Shown here one piece after another: positions 18,089 to 26,837 of a stretch of DNA of 64,000 nucleotides. The stretch is from an uncultured Acidobacteriota bacterium. GTDB taxonomy: Bacteria > Acidobacteriota > Thermoanaerobaculia > UBA5066. How positions within the stretch are numbered: position 1 is the first letter of the stretch; each line of letters opens with the position of its first letter. The stretch covers positions 43,347 to 107,346 of the forward strand of contig CAWIUK010000015.1 of assembly GCA_963839295.1 (NCBI GenBank), read 5' to 3'. The notes under the pieces were generated by a model, which was not told the DNA's origin, searched no databases, and worked only from the letters and a program-made list of their open reading frames with translations. A program made the translations under genes and the position numbers.

Positions 18089-19131
18089 AGGCTCGCCGCG
18101 TCGATCACGAAGCGATAACGCACGTCGCTCTTCAGCATCCGGTCGTAGGCCTCGTTGATCTTCGCGGCCGGGATGACCTCGACGTCCGCCGTGATCTTTT
18201 TCGTCGCGCAGAAGTCGAGCATCTCCTGCGTCTCGGCGATTCCGCCGATCATCGAACCCGCCAGCTTCTTGTTGCCGAAGATGACGGACATCGCCGAGAG
18301 GCTCGCGGGGACCGGCGGCACACCGACGATCACCATCGCCCCCGACGTCCGGAGCATCCCGAGGTGCGCGTTCAGGTCGTGCGGGACCGAGATCGTGTCG
18401 ACGACGAGGTCGAACCGCCCGGCCAGCTTCTTGAACGTCCCCTTGTCGCTCGTCAGCTCGAACGCGTGCGCGCCGAGGCGCTTCGCGTCGGCCTCCTTCG
18501 AGCGGGAGGTCGAGAGCATCGTGACCTCGGCACCCATGGCGGCGGCGATCTTCACGGCCATGTGCCCGAGGCCGCCGAGGCCGACGACGCCGACACGGTC
18601 GCCGGGCTTGCAGTTCCACTGGCGGAGCGGGGAGTACGTGGTGATCCCGGCGCACAGGAGCGGCGCCGCGGCGGCGAGGTCGAGGCCCGCGGGCACCTTC
18701 AGGGCGAAGCGGTCCTTCACGACGACGCGCTGCGAGTACCCGCCGTAGGTCGGCGTCGTGCGGTCCATCTCGGTCCCGTTGTACGTGAACGCGGCGCCGT
18801 TCAGGCAGAACTGCTCGAGGTGGCGGGCGCAGGGATCGCACGCGAGGCACGAGTCCACGAAGCAGCCCACGCCCGCGAGGTCGCCGGCCTTGAACCTCGT
18901 CACGCGGTCGCCGGTCCGCGACACGCGGCCGACGATCTCGTGGCCCGGGACCATCGGGAAGAGGCCCTTGCCCCATTCGTCCCGCACCTGGTGGACGTCG
19001 GAGTGGCAGACGCCGCAGAAGAGGATGTCGATCTCGACGTCGTGCGGGCCGGGCTCGCGGCGGTCGATCGTGTGGGGGACGAGCGGCGCGCCCGGGGCGG
19101 GCGCCGCGAAGGCGTGAACGTTGGCGGACAT
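18085..19131 (-). CDS. NADP-dependent zinc alcohol dehydrogenase (cinnamyl-alcohol-dehydrogenase-like, YjgB/AdhA-like)
   Basis: Zn ligands GVCHSD...GHEIVG, structural-Zn motif CLACDPC, NAD(P) fold GVVGLGGLGH, 348 aa. Confidence 0.8.
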   Translation of the reverse strand: MSANVHAFAAPAPGAPLVPHTIDRREPGPHDVEIDILFCGVCHSDVHQVRDEWGKGLFPMVPGHEIVGRVSRTGDRVTRFKAGDLAGVGCFVDSCLACDPCARHLEQFCLNGAAFTYNGTEMDRTTPTYGGYSQRVVVKDRFALKVPAGLDLAAAAPLLCAGITTYSPLRQWNCKPGDRVGVVGLGGLGHMAVKIAAAMGAEVTMLSTSRSKEADAKRLGAHAFELTSDKGTFKKLAGRFDLVVDTISVPHDLNAHLGMLRTSGAMVIVGVPPVPASLSAMSVIFGNKKLAGSMIGGIAETQEMLDFCATKKITADVEVIPAAKINEAYDRMLKSDVRYRFVIDAASL

Positions 19132-19197
19132 GGGGAGCTCCTTCTCGAGGCGGCCCGGGGAGGGCGGCCTTCGGCCGAGTCTAAGCCCGGCGCCCCC

Positions 19198-19617
19198 TCA
19201 GGACCCTGCCTTCCTCGGAGGTTTCGACCTGCTGGAACCGTTGAGGCTGACCGCCTGGCGAATGAGAGCCTTGAAGGCGGACGCGTCGACCTTTTCCCCC
19301 TCGTGGATGTCGATCGCGCGGCGCGTGTTCCCGTCGAGACTCGAGTTGAAGAGGCGGGCCGGATCCTTCAGGGACGCGCCCTTGTGGAAGGTGAGCTTGA
19401 CGACGTTCTTGTAGGACTCGCCCGTGCAGAGGATGCCGTCGTGCGACCAGACCGGCGTGCCCATCCACTTCCACTCCTCGAGGACGCCCGGGTCCGCTTC
19501 CTTGATGAGCCTGCGCATCCTGCCGAGGGTCTTCCCGCGCCAGTCCGCGAGTCCTTCGATCTTCTTCGAGATGAGCTCGGATGCCGACTGGCGTTCGCTC
19601 GCGCCCGACGTCTTCAT
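19198..19617 (-). CDS. DUF1801 (YdhG-like) domain protein
   Basis: MKTSGASERQ...EEWKWMGTPVWSHDGILCTGESYKNVVKLTFHKGASLKDP, a YdhG-like fold. The upstream leader resembles a repeat-arm RBS (GGGAAGAGAAAC-ATG). Confidence 0.5.
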   Translation of the reverse strand: MKTSGASERQSASELISKKIEGLADWRGKTLGRMRRLIKEADPGVLEEWKWMGTPVWSHDGILCTGESYKNVVKLTFHKGASLKDPARLFNSSLDGNTRRAIDIHEGEKVDASAFKALIRQAVSLNGSSRSKPPRKAGS

Positions 19618-19657
19618 GTTTCTCTTCCCGCCTTTCCCTTCGCGGCCGACTTCGGGC

Positions 19658-20164
19658 TTACCTCTTCTTTCCCCCCACACCGGGCACGGCTGCGACTTGC
19701 TTCATCCATGCGGCGATCTGGCGCTCGTCGAGGTCGTCCGGGGATTTGAGCTCCACGCCCCGCGTAGACTTGCCCATCGCCGCCGGCGTCACTGGGGGTA
19801 CCGGCTGGAGCGCTGCGCCGTTTACGAACATGAGCTTCACGTGGTCGGCGAATCCACCGCAACAGAAGCACCAGCCATCGCCGACGCCGTAGTACGACAT
19901 GCCCCATTTCACGGAGCGCTGCAGGCCGGGAAGCGTCTTAGCCGCAAGAGCATCAACACTCTCCGCGATCCCGCGCTGCGGTTGCGGCAAGCTGGCGATG
20001 TAGGCGAAGACCGGCTTGTCGCCGACCTCAGCCTTCGCCGGGCTTGCCTTGCCGGTCACCATGGATTCCGGCAGCAGCGTGGCCGCCTTGCCTACTGCCG
20101 GCGTGCGCTTGGCCGGCTTCCGGCCTGCAGGCCTGGAAGTCTTGTCTGTCTTGCGGGCGGGCAT
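19658..20164 (-). CDS. DUF1801 (YdhG-like) domain protein, paralogue
   Basis: AYIASLPQPQRGIAESVDALAAKTLPGLQRSVKWGMSYYGVGDGWCFCCGGFADHVKLMF. Confidence 0.5.
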   Translation of the reverse strand: MPARKTDKTSRPAGRKPAKRTPAVGKAATLLPESMVTGKASPAKAEVGDKPVFAYIASLPQPQRGIAESVDALAAKTLPGLQRSVKWGMSYYGVGDGWCFCCGGFADHVKLMFVNGAALQPVPPVTPAAMGKSTRGVELKSPDDLDERQIAAWMKQVAAVPGVGGKKR

Positions 20165-20189
20165 GGTGGTCTCCTGCAGCTCGGAAGTG

Positions 20190-20280
20190 TGTCCGTCTAA
20201 CGATATCGAGTTCAGCGGCGAGAGGGAAGGAGCGCAGCGACTGACGCCGAGTCCGCGACAATGAGGTGTTAGCCGCCGCT
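20190..20280 (-). repeat. attC-like site 1 (about 85-bp family)
   Basis: GTCTAAC at 20195-20201, internal imperfect palindrome, GTTAGCC at 20268-20274. It abuts the TAG stop of the toxin gene. Confidence 0.55.
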
Positions 20281-20581
20281 AGCGAGTGAGCGCGTTCTGG
20301 ACGGCCGCTGGCCCTCGATGCTGATGCAGACAGGCCAGAACCCGAATGCGATCGGGAAGCACAACGTAGAACAGCGCGTACGGAAAGCCAGGGACGAGCG
20401 CGCGCCGAGCCTCACGGTGAGCCAAGGGACAGGCGAGCGGGTGCTCGGCGATGAGATGCACGACGAGGTCGAGTGAAGCCCTGAACCGACCCCCGAGGCC
20501 GACCTGCCGTGCCTCGTACCAGGCTTGGATTTCGTGAACCTCGCGATCGGCGAGGCCGCGAAAAACGACCGGCAGGCTCAC
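20279..20581 (-). CDS. parE: type II toxin, RelE/ParE family
   Basis: ALVPGFPYALFYVVLPDRIRVLACLHQHRGP C-terminal signature. Overlaps the upstream antitoxin by 4 bp. Confidence 0.65.
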   Translation of the reverse strand: MSLPVVFRGLADREVHEIQAWYEARQVGLGGRFRASLDLVVHLIAEHPLACPLAHREARRALVPGFPYALFYVVLPDRIRVLACLHQHRGPAAVQNALTR

Positions 20582-20799
20582 CGGCTACGTTCGAGAGACG
20601 AGCGAACCTCGGGCCACGGCCGTTCGTCTGAGGGGTTTGAGGCCGCATCGACGAGCCGCCGGTCGATTTCGGCGCGCTGCTCGTCCGTAACCGATACCGA
20701 AGCGGATTCCGCGACGACGCTGTCCCAGATGGCTTGGACGAGCTCAATTCGTTCCGGGACCGGGAGGCGAAGGGCATCGTCGAGTACTGGCGTCGACAT
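20578..20799 (-). CDS. antitoxin (putative addiction-module component, TIGR02574-like)
   Basis: 73 aa: LPVPERIELVQAIWDSV...TDEQRAEIDRRLVD...WPEV. Confidence 0.55.
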   Translation of the reverse strand: MSTPVLDDALRLPVPERIELVQAIWDSVVAESASVSVTDEQRAEIDRRLVDAASNPSDERPWPEVRSSLERSR

Positions 20800-20811
20800 G
20801 CAGTGATTATA

Positions 20812-20942
20812 CGGCGCCTAACGATCAAGACGATCGTCCCCGTCCCGGTGAAGACGGTCGAGCAGCAGACCATCTGTTCGCTCCAGAGACCGCACGCACT
20901 TGATCCCAGGGAGGAGTCCAGATACGCGTTGTTAGACCCCGC
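20812..20942 (-). repeat. attC-like site 2 (longer variant, about 125 bp)
   Basis: GCCTAAC at 20816-20822, GATCAAG/CTTGATC inner inverted repeats, GTTAGAC at 20931-20937. The TAA stop of the upstream cassette gene lies inside the core. Confidence 0.45.
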
Positions 20943-21393
20943 GGTTACTGGTTGGGCCGGGGCCGAGCGTGGCGTTCAGCTCGTGGTCGCTGAGCCAGTT
21001 CTTGGCTACGGACCTCATGCGGTCATCGTGGTACCGGAACCACTGTGCACGAAGAGCCGGAAATGCCGTGAGGACCGACTTGAAGTCCCGAAACGGGTGC
21101 CGACCGTCGAGTGCCGCGAGAAGCCGCCTGCGAGCGAGACCAGGAGGAACGTCGGCCGCGAAGCCCTCCATGATGCGACGCCCCTCCCGTGAAGAAATGG
21201 GTTCGATCGGGAGGTATCGTTCCGGCTCCTGTTCCAGCTCGGCCTGAACCGTGGAGTCGCCGGTGATCGCTGGGTTGATGACAGGAATGACCTCGCCGGT
21301 GCGCAGGTCGAGGACCCATTCGGTTTCAGCCTCGTGACTTTCGAGAGCCACGATCAAGGCATCTGGGTCGACGGTGATACGAGCCGTAACCAT
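20932..21393 (-). CDS. hypothetical cassette-encoded protein
   Basis: The likely start is MVTARITVDPDAL (ATG 21391-21393). About 150 aa. No confident family assignment. Confidence 0.4.
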   Translation of the reverse strand: MVTARITVDPDALIVALESHEAETEWVLDLRTGEVIPVINPAITGDSTVQAELEQEPERYLPIEPISSREGRRIMEGFAADVPPGLARRRLLAALDGRHPFRDFKSVLTAFPALRAQWFRYHDDRMRSVAKNWLSDHELNATLGPGPTSNRGV

Positions 21394-21397
21394 GTTT

Positions 21398-21490
21398 GCG
21401 GGGTCTAACGATATCGAGTTCAGCGGCGAAGAGGAAGGAGCCAAGCGACTGACGATGAGTCCGCTGCAACGAGGGGTTAGGCGGCGCCTA
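21398..21490 (-). repeat. attC-like site 3 (about 85-bp family)
   Basis: GTCTAAC at 21403-21409 through GTTAGGC at 21476-21482. Nearly identical to sites 1 and 4. The TAG stop of the upstream gene overlaps its end. Confidence 0.55.
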
Positions 21491-21967
21491 CTGCTTTCGG
21501 AACAGGAATGCGCCGGTGGTGGTGCCGTAGCTCCAGACGATGATTAGGTCGGTCGCTTTCAGGGCTTCGCGGACGCCACCGAGAGCGTTGTGGAGCATGT
21601 AGTTGCCCTCAAGCGTAGCGTTCGACTGCAATGCCACCTCGCCGACAACTGGGTCATCGACGGGGTAGGAAGGAGGTAACGGCTTGCCGGTGGGGCGTAT
21701 GCCCAGCACGTTGATTGAGTAGGCGTTGCCCCAAGGAAGACCGGATGATGCGAGCGACAGCGGTGCCGAGGAAATGTTTGTGACGGTGAAGTGGAGCGCG
21801 GGCTCACCCGCGACCACGATGCCGGTTGCCTCCACCCGAATTCGAGCGGGCGAGCGAGCTACTGCCGCCCGTTTTGAGTGCTGGAGCCATAGCGCGAAAG
21901 GATCCTCGGCCTGAGCCGCAGCTACGGCTGTGACCGCCAGCGAGACGATTGCGATGAACATGCGCAT
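21488..21967 (-). CDS. secreted hypothetical protein (signal peptide)
   Basis: MRMFIAIVSLAVTAVAAAQA signal peptide. 159 aa. Confidence 0.45.
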   Translation of the reverse strand: MRMFIAIVSLAVTAVAAAQAEDPFALWLQHSKRAAVARSPARIRVEATGIVVAGEPALHFTVTNISSAPLSLASSGLPWGNAYSINVLGIRPTGKPLPPSYPVDDPVVGEVALQSNATLEGNYMLHNALGGVREALKATDLIIVWSYGTTTGAFLFRKQ

Positions 21968-21977
21968 GGCGCTTCTG

Positions 21978-22068
21978 TAGCCGCCTAACGATATCGAGTT
22001 CAGCGGCGAGAAGGAAGGAGCGCAGCGACTGACGCCGAGTCCGCGGCAATGAGGTGTTAGGCGGCTGT
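21978..22068 (-). repeat. attC-like site 4 (about 85-bp family)
   Basis: GCCTAAC at 21983-21989 through GTTAGGC at 22056-22062. Confidence 0.55.
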
Positions 22069-22078
22069 CCGGGAGCAG

Positions 22079-22453
22079 CTACTCAGCGCCTTCGAGATAG
22101 CGAGGGGCCGATTCTTGAATTCCGCGAAGAAGGGACGCACCGAGGACGCGTGAAATGCGGCTCTTGCCAGGCGGCACCACGACAAGAAAGCCCTCGCTCT
22201 CGACTACCCGAGCCATGCTCTGGAACTTCTTTGCCGGGTAGGCGCTGCTTTGAAACACCGTAAGGCGGGATGAGGTGTGCGCGCGCTCTGTGATGCGTGG
22301 ATGCGGATAGGCACCCGACTCAAGAAAGTGGACTTTGCCGGGAAAGGTGCGAGTAAGGACGTCGATGGCTGCGAGCGCATAGGCTTCGGCCGTGCGTGCA
22401 GATACAGGGATGGTGATGTTCTCGTCCGAGACAGAGATGCGCGCGCCCGACAT
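22079..22453 (-). CDS. hypothetical cassette-encoded protein
   Basis: 124-aa ORF. Its ATG lies 12 nt downstream of GTTAGGC, with a GAAGG RBS. Confidence 0.4.
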   Translation of the reverse strand: MSGARISVSDENITIPVSARTAEAYALAAIDVLTRTFPGKVHFLESGAYPHPRITERAHTSSRLTVFQSSAYPAKKFQSMARVVESEGFLVVVPPGKSRISRVLGASLLRGIQESAPRYLEGAE

Positions 22454-22461
22454 GTGCCTTC

Positions 22462-22490
22462 AGCCGCCTAACTAGTATTAGACGGCATCG
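22462..22490 (-). repeat. truncated attC-like or attI-like recombination core
   Basis: GCCGCCTAAC-TAGTA-TTAGACGG. Inverse core and core are only 5 bp apart. An AT-rich region follows at 22490-22580. Confidence 0.3.
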
Positions 22491-22497
22491 GCGGTTC

Positions 22498-22947
22498 TCA
22501 TTTCCATGAGCTTTTCCGCCGAAATCGCGTCCTGTTTTGTACGGGTAGTGATTTTCGTGTACCTACATCTGTAGAGGTTTTCGAGGCGTGCGGGACGAGG
22601 AACGACATGCGCTCGGCGAGGCCGAGCGCGGTGGCCCGGTCGTGGCGCATTTGCCAGCGCATCGCGTTCGGCACCCATCGCCCTCCCGCGGCCTGCACCT
22701 TCGCTCGCAGCTCGGGTTCCCACGACTTTACGTCCACCAGCACCTGCCGGGCCTTGGAGGGCTTCCACGGACCGGCGGCGACGACGAGCTCGACGGTGGT
22801 GAAGCGCGTCGGCGGCGAGTCGCTGTACCGGTAGCGGACCGAGACGAGTCGGTCGCCCCAGTCGCGTGCGAGACGGGCCGTGCCCGGGGCGCCCGGCCGC
22901 AAGGTCGAACCGACGGCGCTGTCGAAGACCTGATCGAATCGGCCCAT
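22498..22947 (-). CDS. hypothetical protein
   Basis: MGRFDQVFDSAVGSTLRP...VLVDVKSWEPELRAKVQAAGGRWVPNAMRWQM. No integrase motifs. The 3' end is AT-rich and uncertain. Confidence 0.25.
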   Translation of the reverse strand: MGRFDQVFDSAVGSTLRPGAPGTARLARDWGDRLVSVRYRYSDSPPTRFTTVELVVAAGPWKPSKARQVLVDVKSWEPELRAKVQAAGGRWVPNAMRWQMRHDRATALGLAERMSFLVPHASKTSTDVGTRKSLPVQNRTRFRRKSSWK

Positions 22948-23021
22948 GCACCTCAGCGTATCGCGATCCCCCGTTCGTGCACCAGGCAGGCGTCCAGCCG
23001 GTTCCCGGCTTCCCGGCGGCC

Positions 23022-23372
23022 CTAGCGATCCGGCGTGAGCGTCTTCACGAACCGCGAGGTCGCGAGGGCCGCGACGAGCGTCGGCGCGACGAGGACGACG
23101 AGGGACACGGGCAGGAACACGTCGGGCGGGAAGGGCCTGGTGACGTAGAGCGCCCACGCGGCCGCCGCTCCGCAGAGGGACGCGACGATCAAGCGGCTGC
23201 CGAAGTACGCGTTCGCGTCGTACCAGACGTCCTCGCTCGCGAGCGTCGCCCGGGTGCGATAGCCGTACACGACGTTCGGGCCGACCTTCCGGAGCGCGAG
23301 CGGGAGAGCGACGAGGATCAGGCCGAGCGAGAGACCGAGGATCGTGAAGAAGCCCTTCTCGAAGACGGTCAT
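23022..23372 (-). CDS. SdpI/YhfL-family small membrane protein
   Basis: MTVFEKGFFTILGLSLGLILVALPLALRKVGPNVVYGYRTRATLASEDVWYDANAYFG. The start overlaps the upstream stop (ATGA). Confidence 0.5.
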   Translation of the reverse strand: MTVFEKGFFTILGLSLGLILVALPLALRKVGPNVVYGYRTRATLASEDVWYDANAYFGSRLIVASLCGAAAAWALYVTRPFPPDVFLPVSLVVLVAPTLVAALATSRFVKTLTPDR

Positions 23373-23908
23373 GCGCTGCTTCCGGTCTTCTTCGGCGGCC
23401 CGGGCGGCTGGGGCGGCTGGTCGGGGCGCCACCAGGGGTCGGGCGCCGCCGGCTCGGCCTGGTCGGGGCCGACGTTTTCGGCCGACACCGTCGCGAAGAT
23501 GAAGTTCTCGGACGGCACGGGCCGGCCCGCGAGCCTGCGGAGCATCGCGAGCTGGCCGGCGTGCGTCATCGCGTCCGAGAGCGGACCCTGGAGGAACTGC
23601 TCGTCGGAGATGCGGGCCTCGAGGCCGGAGTCCGCGAAGTCGTCGCGCAGCGCCGCGAGCGTCGCGTGGAAGCGCGCGACCTCCTCGCCGAACGTCGCGA
23701 GGCGGGGCGGGGCGAAGTCGCCGCCGTGGAGCATCGTCCGCGCGTAGCCGACGACGCCCGTCATGTGCCAGACGAGCTCGTGGGGCGTCCGCACGTTCGG
23801 GCCCGCCCGGAACTCGCCGAAGCCAGCCGGCGCGCCGCGGAGCGCTTTCTGCGTGCGGTAGGCGAGGGCGGCGAGGAAGTGGCCCAGGAGGCGCCGGGAC
23901 TCGCTCAT
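23369..23908 (-). CDS. DinB/YfiT-like (DinB_2) metal-dependent hydrolase-fold protein
   Basis: MSESRRLLGHFLAALAYRTQKAL...HELVWHMTG...MTHAGQLAMLRR. Confidence 0.55.
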   Translation of the reverse strand: MSESRRLLGHFLAALAYRTQKALRGAPAGFGEFRAGPNVRTPHELVWHMTGVVGYARTMLHGGDFAPPRLATFGEEVARFHATLAALRDDFADSGLEARISDEQFLQGPLSDAMTHAGQLAMLRRLAGRPVPSENFIFATVSAENVGPDQAEPAAPDPWWRPDQPPQPPGPPKKTGSSA

Positions 23909-23915
23909 CGGCCCG

Positions 23916-24260
23916 TCACGCCATGAGCCGGCGGATGTGCTTCGAAATCGCCCGCAGCTGGGCGGCGTCGGCCCCACCGAGGACCGAGCGGACGATCGGC
24001 GACATGACGCGCATCGCCCCCCCGACGCCGAGGCTGGCGGTCTGGCGCGCGACGAATCCCAGCTTCGCGTCGCGGACCGCCTTGAGGAAGTAGAAGTCCA
24101 TCCCGGACTCGGTCAGGGCGAGGACCAGCGAGCACAGGTCCTCCGTGTGGCGCACGGGGTCGGGATCGCCGTCGATCTTCGCGAGGAGCTTGAGGGTCCG
24201 CGTCCGGAGCGCGGCCGGGAGCGTGAACCGGAGGGACGTCGGCGGGGCGGGGGCGGCCAT
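23916..24260 (-). CDS. hypothetical protein
   Basis: 114-aa ORF with normal composition. No family recognised. Confidence 0.3.
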   Translation of the reverse strand: MAAPAPPTSLRFTLPAALRTRTLKLLAKIDGDPDPVRHTEDLCSLVLALTESGMDFYFLKAVRDAKLGFVARQTASLGVGGAMRVMSPIVRSVLGGADAAQLRAISKHIRRLMA

Positions 24261-24300
24261 GGAGGGAAGTCTAGACCCCGGCCGCCGCCGACGACGGGCC

Positions 24301-25512
24301 TCAGCTCCTCGGGATCGGCGCGACGGGCGGTCCCGTGCGGTCTTCCTTCGGCCACACGAGGTCGAGCTTGTCGTTCGGCTTGTTCTGGGTGACGACGAAC
24401 GGCAGGACGGCCTGCCCGGTCTTGCTGAACTTGTACACGCCGCCCGGGAGGATCGAGTCCCTGAGCTCGAGCGACGCGAGCGCGGCGCGGATCGCCTCGG
24501 GCTTGAGCGAGCCCGCCTTGTGGATCGCCGCGAAGATCGCGCGGACGGTCTCGTACGCGCAGGCGTGGTACCACTGCGGCGTCGTCCCCGTGGCGGCCTT
24601 GTACTTCTGGCTGAAGGCCTTCACCTGCGGGTAGGGGAGCAGGTCCGACCACCAGCCGCTCGCGAAGATGTAGTCGGTCGCGGCGCCGAGCCCCTTGCGG
24701 GCCGCCTCGTCCGAGCCGCGCGCGCCGTAGGTGACCATCTGGTGGCTGAGGCCCATCTGCGTGTAGAGGCGCTGCATCGAGATGTAGTCCTCGAGGTGCG
24801 CGTCGGCCATGAAGAGGTCGGCCTTCGCGTTCTGGACCCGCGAGAGGAGCGGCTTGAAGTCGGCCGCGTACATCTCGAAGCTCTCGTCGAGCGCGACCGA
24901 GAATTCCTTCGGGTGGGCTCTGACGTAGTCGTGGATGCCCTTCTGGAAATCCTTCCCGTGCTCGGTGTTCTCCCAGACGATCGCGATCTTCAGGGGCGGC
25001 TTGAGCTTTCCCTCCCGGACGAGGTCGTCGAGAAACTCCATCTGCGTCGTCGCGAGGTTCTCGACGGGGGAGAGCGTCCCGAAGACCCACTTGCTGCGCC
25101 CGTAGATGCTCGTCGCGCCCGCGCCGCCCGCCACGTACGGGATGCCGTAGCGGTCCGGGACGACGCTCTGGGCCTGGACGAGCTGCGAGCCGTAGCCGCC
25201 GACGACCGCGTGGACCTTCTGCTGGGCCATGAGCTGCTCGACGAGCTGGGCGCTCTTGCTCGCCTCGGACGTGTCGTCGAGGAGGCGGAGGTCGACCTTC
25301 ATCTTCTTCCCGCCCACGTCGAGGCCGCCCGCGTCGTTCACTTCCTTGACGGCGAACTCCGTGGCCTGCTTGTAGGCGCCGCCGATCTTCGACTCCTTGC
25401 CCGTGACGGGCAGAACGGCGCCGAGACGGATCTCGTCGTCCGACCGGACGGGGGACGCGGCGAGGAGCGCGGCGGCGAGGACGGCGAGCCGGGAGCGGCG
25501 GAATGGCGACAT
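24301..25512 (-). CDS. ABC transporter periplasmic substrate-binding protein (Leu/Ile/Val-binding, PBP1 family), orphan
   Basis: Signal peptide MSPFRRSRLAVLAAALLAASPV. Type-1 PBP blocks IRLGAVLPVTGKES...VHAVVGGYGS. Confidence 0.7.
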   Translation of the reverse strand: MSPFRRSRLAVLAAALLAASPVRSDDEIRLGAVLPVTGKESKIGGAYKQATEFAVKEVNDAGGLDVGGKKMKVDLRLLDDTSEASKSAQLVEQLMAQQKVHAVVGGYGSQLVQAQSVVPDRYGIPYVAGGAGATSIYGRSKWVFGTLSPVENLATTQMEFLDDLVREGKLKPPLKIAIVWENTEHGKDFQKGIHDYVRAHPKEFSVALDESFEMYAADFKPLLSRVQNAKADLFMADAHLEDYISMQRLYTQMGLSHQMVTYGARGSDEAARKGLGAATDYIFASGWWSDLLPYPQVKAFSQKYKAATGTTPQWYHACAYETVRAIFAAIHKAGSLKPEAIRAALASLELRDSILPGGVYKFSKTGQAVLPFVVTQNKPNDKLDLVWPKEDRTGPPVAPIPRS

Positions 25513-25590
25513 CTGCTCTTCTCCTCCTGGACGGTTTCGAGAGGATAGTCCAGCGCGACGGCGTGTCAATCCGGCGCCCGGCGGCCACGT

Positions 25591-26826
25591 TTATGCGCAG
25601 AGAAAGACGACGGCGAGGAGTCCGGCCGCGAACGACGCCACGCACGAGGCCACGACGCCCGGCCAGCCCCAGGCCTGCCACGCGTAGCCCGGGAGGACGG
25701 AGCCGAAGGTGGCGCCGAGGTAATAGAACGTGGCGTACAGGGCGCCCGCGCCGCCCTTGGCCTCGCGCGCGGTCGCGTTGACGAAGGCCGGGGCCGTCCC
25801 CTGCACGAGGAACATCCCTACGCACAGAACCACGAGGGACGCGAGGATGGACGGGACCGAACGCGCGAGCGTCCCGGCGGTGGCGACCGCGGCCACGAGG
25901 AAGCCGGCGGCCATGATCGGCCGCCGCCCGAACCGCTCCGACGCGCGGCCCGCGGCCCAGGAGGTCGCGATGCCCGCGACGTAGACGAGGTAGACGCCGG
26001 AGACCCTCGCCGTCGAGAGCCCGAAGGGCGGCGCCGTGAGGTAGTACGGCAGGTACGTGAAGACCGCGATGAACCCGAAGAAGACGGTGAATCCGATCGC
26101 GAGGCCGCCGACGAGGCGCCGGTCGCGGACGTGTCCCGCCATCTCGCGGAACGCGTGCGTCAGCCGGCGACGCCGGCCCGGCGGGGTCGCCGGGAGGTAG
26201 AGGGCCATGCCGAGCGAGCCGAGGAACGTCAGGACGCCGAACACGAGGAAGGGCGTCCGCCAGTCGAAGCGGCTCGCGATCCAGCCGCTCACGACGCGGC
26301 CCGTGAGGCCGCCGAGGACGGACGCCGCGACGTAGCTGCCCACGGCGGGCCCCAGCGCGGCGCCCGCGTACTCGTCCCCGAGGTACGCGACCGCGACGGC
26401 CGCGACGCCGGGCATGAGGAGCCCCTGCAGGGCCCGGAGGGCGACGAGCGCGGGGAACGTCGGCGCGACGGCGCAGAGGAGCGTCGGGACCGCGAGGGCC
26501 GCGCAGCTCCCGACCATCACGGGCTTGCGGCCGTACGCGTCCGCGAGGGGGCCCCAGGCGTTCGAGACGAGGGCGATCATGAGGACGACGACGGACACCG
26601 TGAGCGCCGCCGTCGGCGCGCTCACCCCGAATTCGCGCGAGAGGAGCGGCAGGATCGGCTGCGTGACGTAGAGGTCCGAGAAGACCGCGACGGTCGCGAA
26701 GAAGAGGGCGAGGAGCGCCGCCTGGGAGCCGGGCCGCGCCGCCGTCACGTCGCGGTCCCGGGGGGCGAGCCGCCGTCGCTGCGCATTCGACGAAAATCTT
26801 CTCACGTACACTTCCACCGCCCGCAA
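25591..26826 (-). CDS. MFS transporter
   Basis: 12-TM-like hydrophobic profile (LALFFATVAVFSDLYVTQPILPLL...). The true start may lie downstream of the track start. Confidence 0.7.
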   Translation of the reverse strand: MRAVEVYVRRFSSNAQRRRLAPRDRDVTAARPGSQAALLALFFATVAVFSDLYVTQPILPLLSREFGVSAPTAALTVSVVVLMIALVSNAWGPLADAYGRKPVMVGSCAALAVPTLLCAVAPTFPALVALRALQGLLMPGVAAVAVAYLGDEYAGAALGPAVGSYVAASVLGGLTGRVVSGWIASRFDWRTPFLVFGVLTFLGSLGMALYLPATPPGRRRRLTHAFREMAGHVRDRRLVGGLAIGFTVFFGFIAVFTYLPYYLTAPPFGLSTARVSGVYLVYVAGIATSWAAGRASERFGRRPIMAAGFLVAAVATAGTLARSVPSILASLVVLCVGMFLVQGTAPAFVNATAREAKGGAGALYATFYYLGATFGSVLPGYAWQAWGWPGVVASCVASFAAGLLAVVFLCA

Positions 26827-26837
26827 GGAGTCCGCAC

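Larger units (their letters stand above)
19140..22495 (-). mobile_element. integron-type gene-cassette array without a recognisable intI (CALIN-like or sedentary chromosomal array); cassettes are oriented on the minus strand
   Basis: GC drops relative to the flanking sequence. At least four direct repeats, each with a GCCTAAC/GTCTAAC inverse core and a GTTAGGC/GTTAGCC/GTTAGAC core, follow the 3' end of small minus-strand genes. A degenerate TTAGAC is also present near 19170. Confidence 0.6.

Noticed and set aside
19140-22495. The direct repeats at 20.2, 21.4 and 22.0 kb as a CRISPR array.
   Set aside because: The repeats are about 85 bp with internal dyad symmetry. They are separated by gene-length (0.5-1.2 kb) protein-coding spacers of unequal size. 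No cas genes are present. The GCCTAAC/GTTAGGC termini fit integron attC sites instead.
22498-23157. ORFs adjacent to the array as a possible integron integrase.
   Set aside because: No tyrosine-recombinase motifs (R..HxxR..Y or the IntI patch) appear in any frame at 22.5-24.3 kb. The neighbours are a hypothetical protein, SdpI-like, DinB-like and binding-protein genes.
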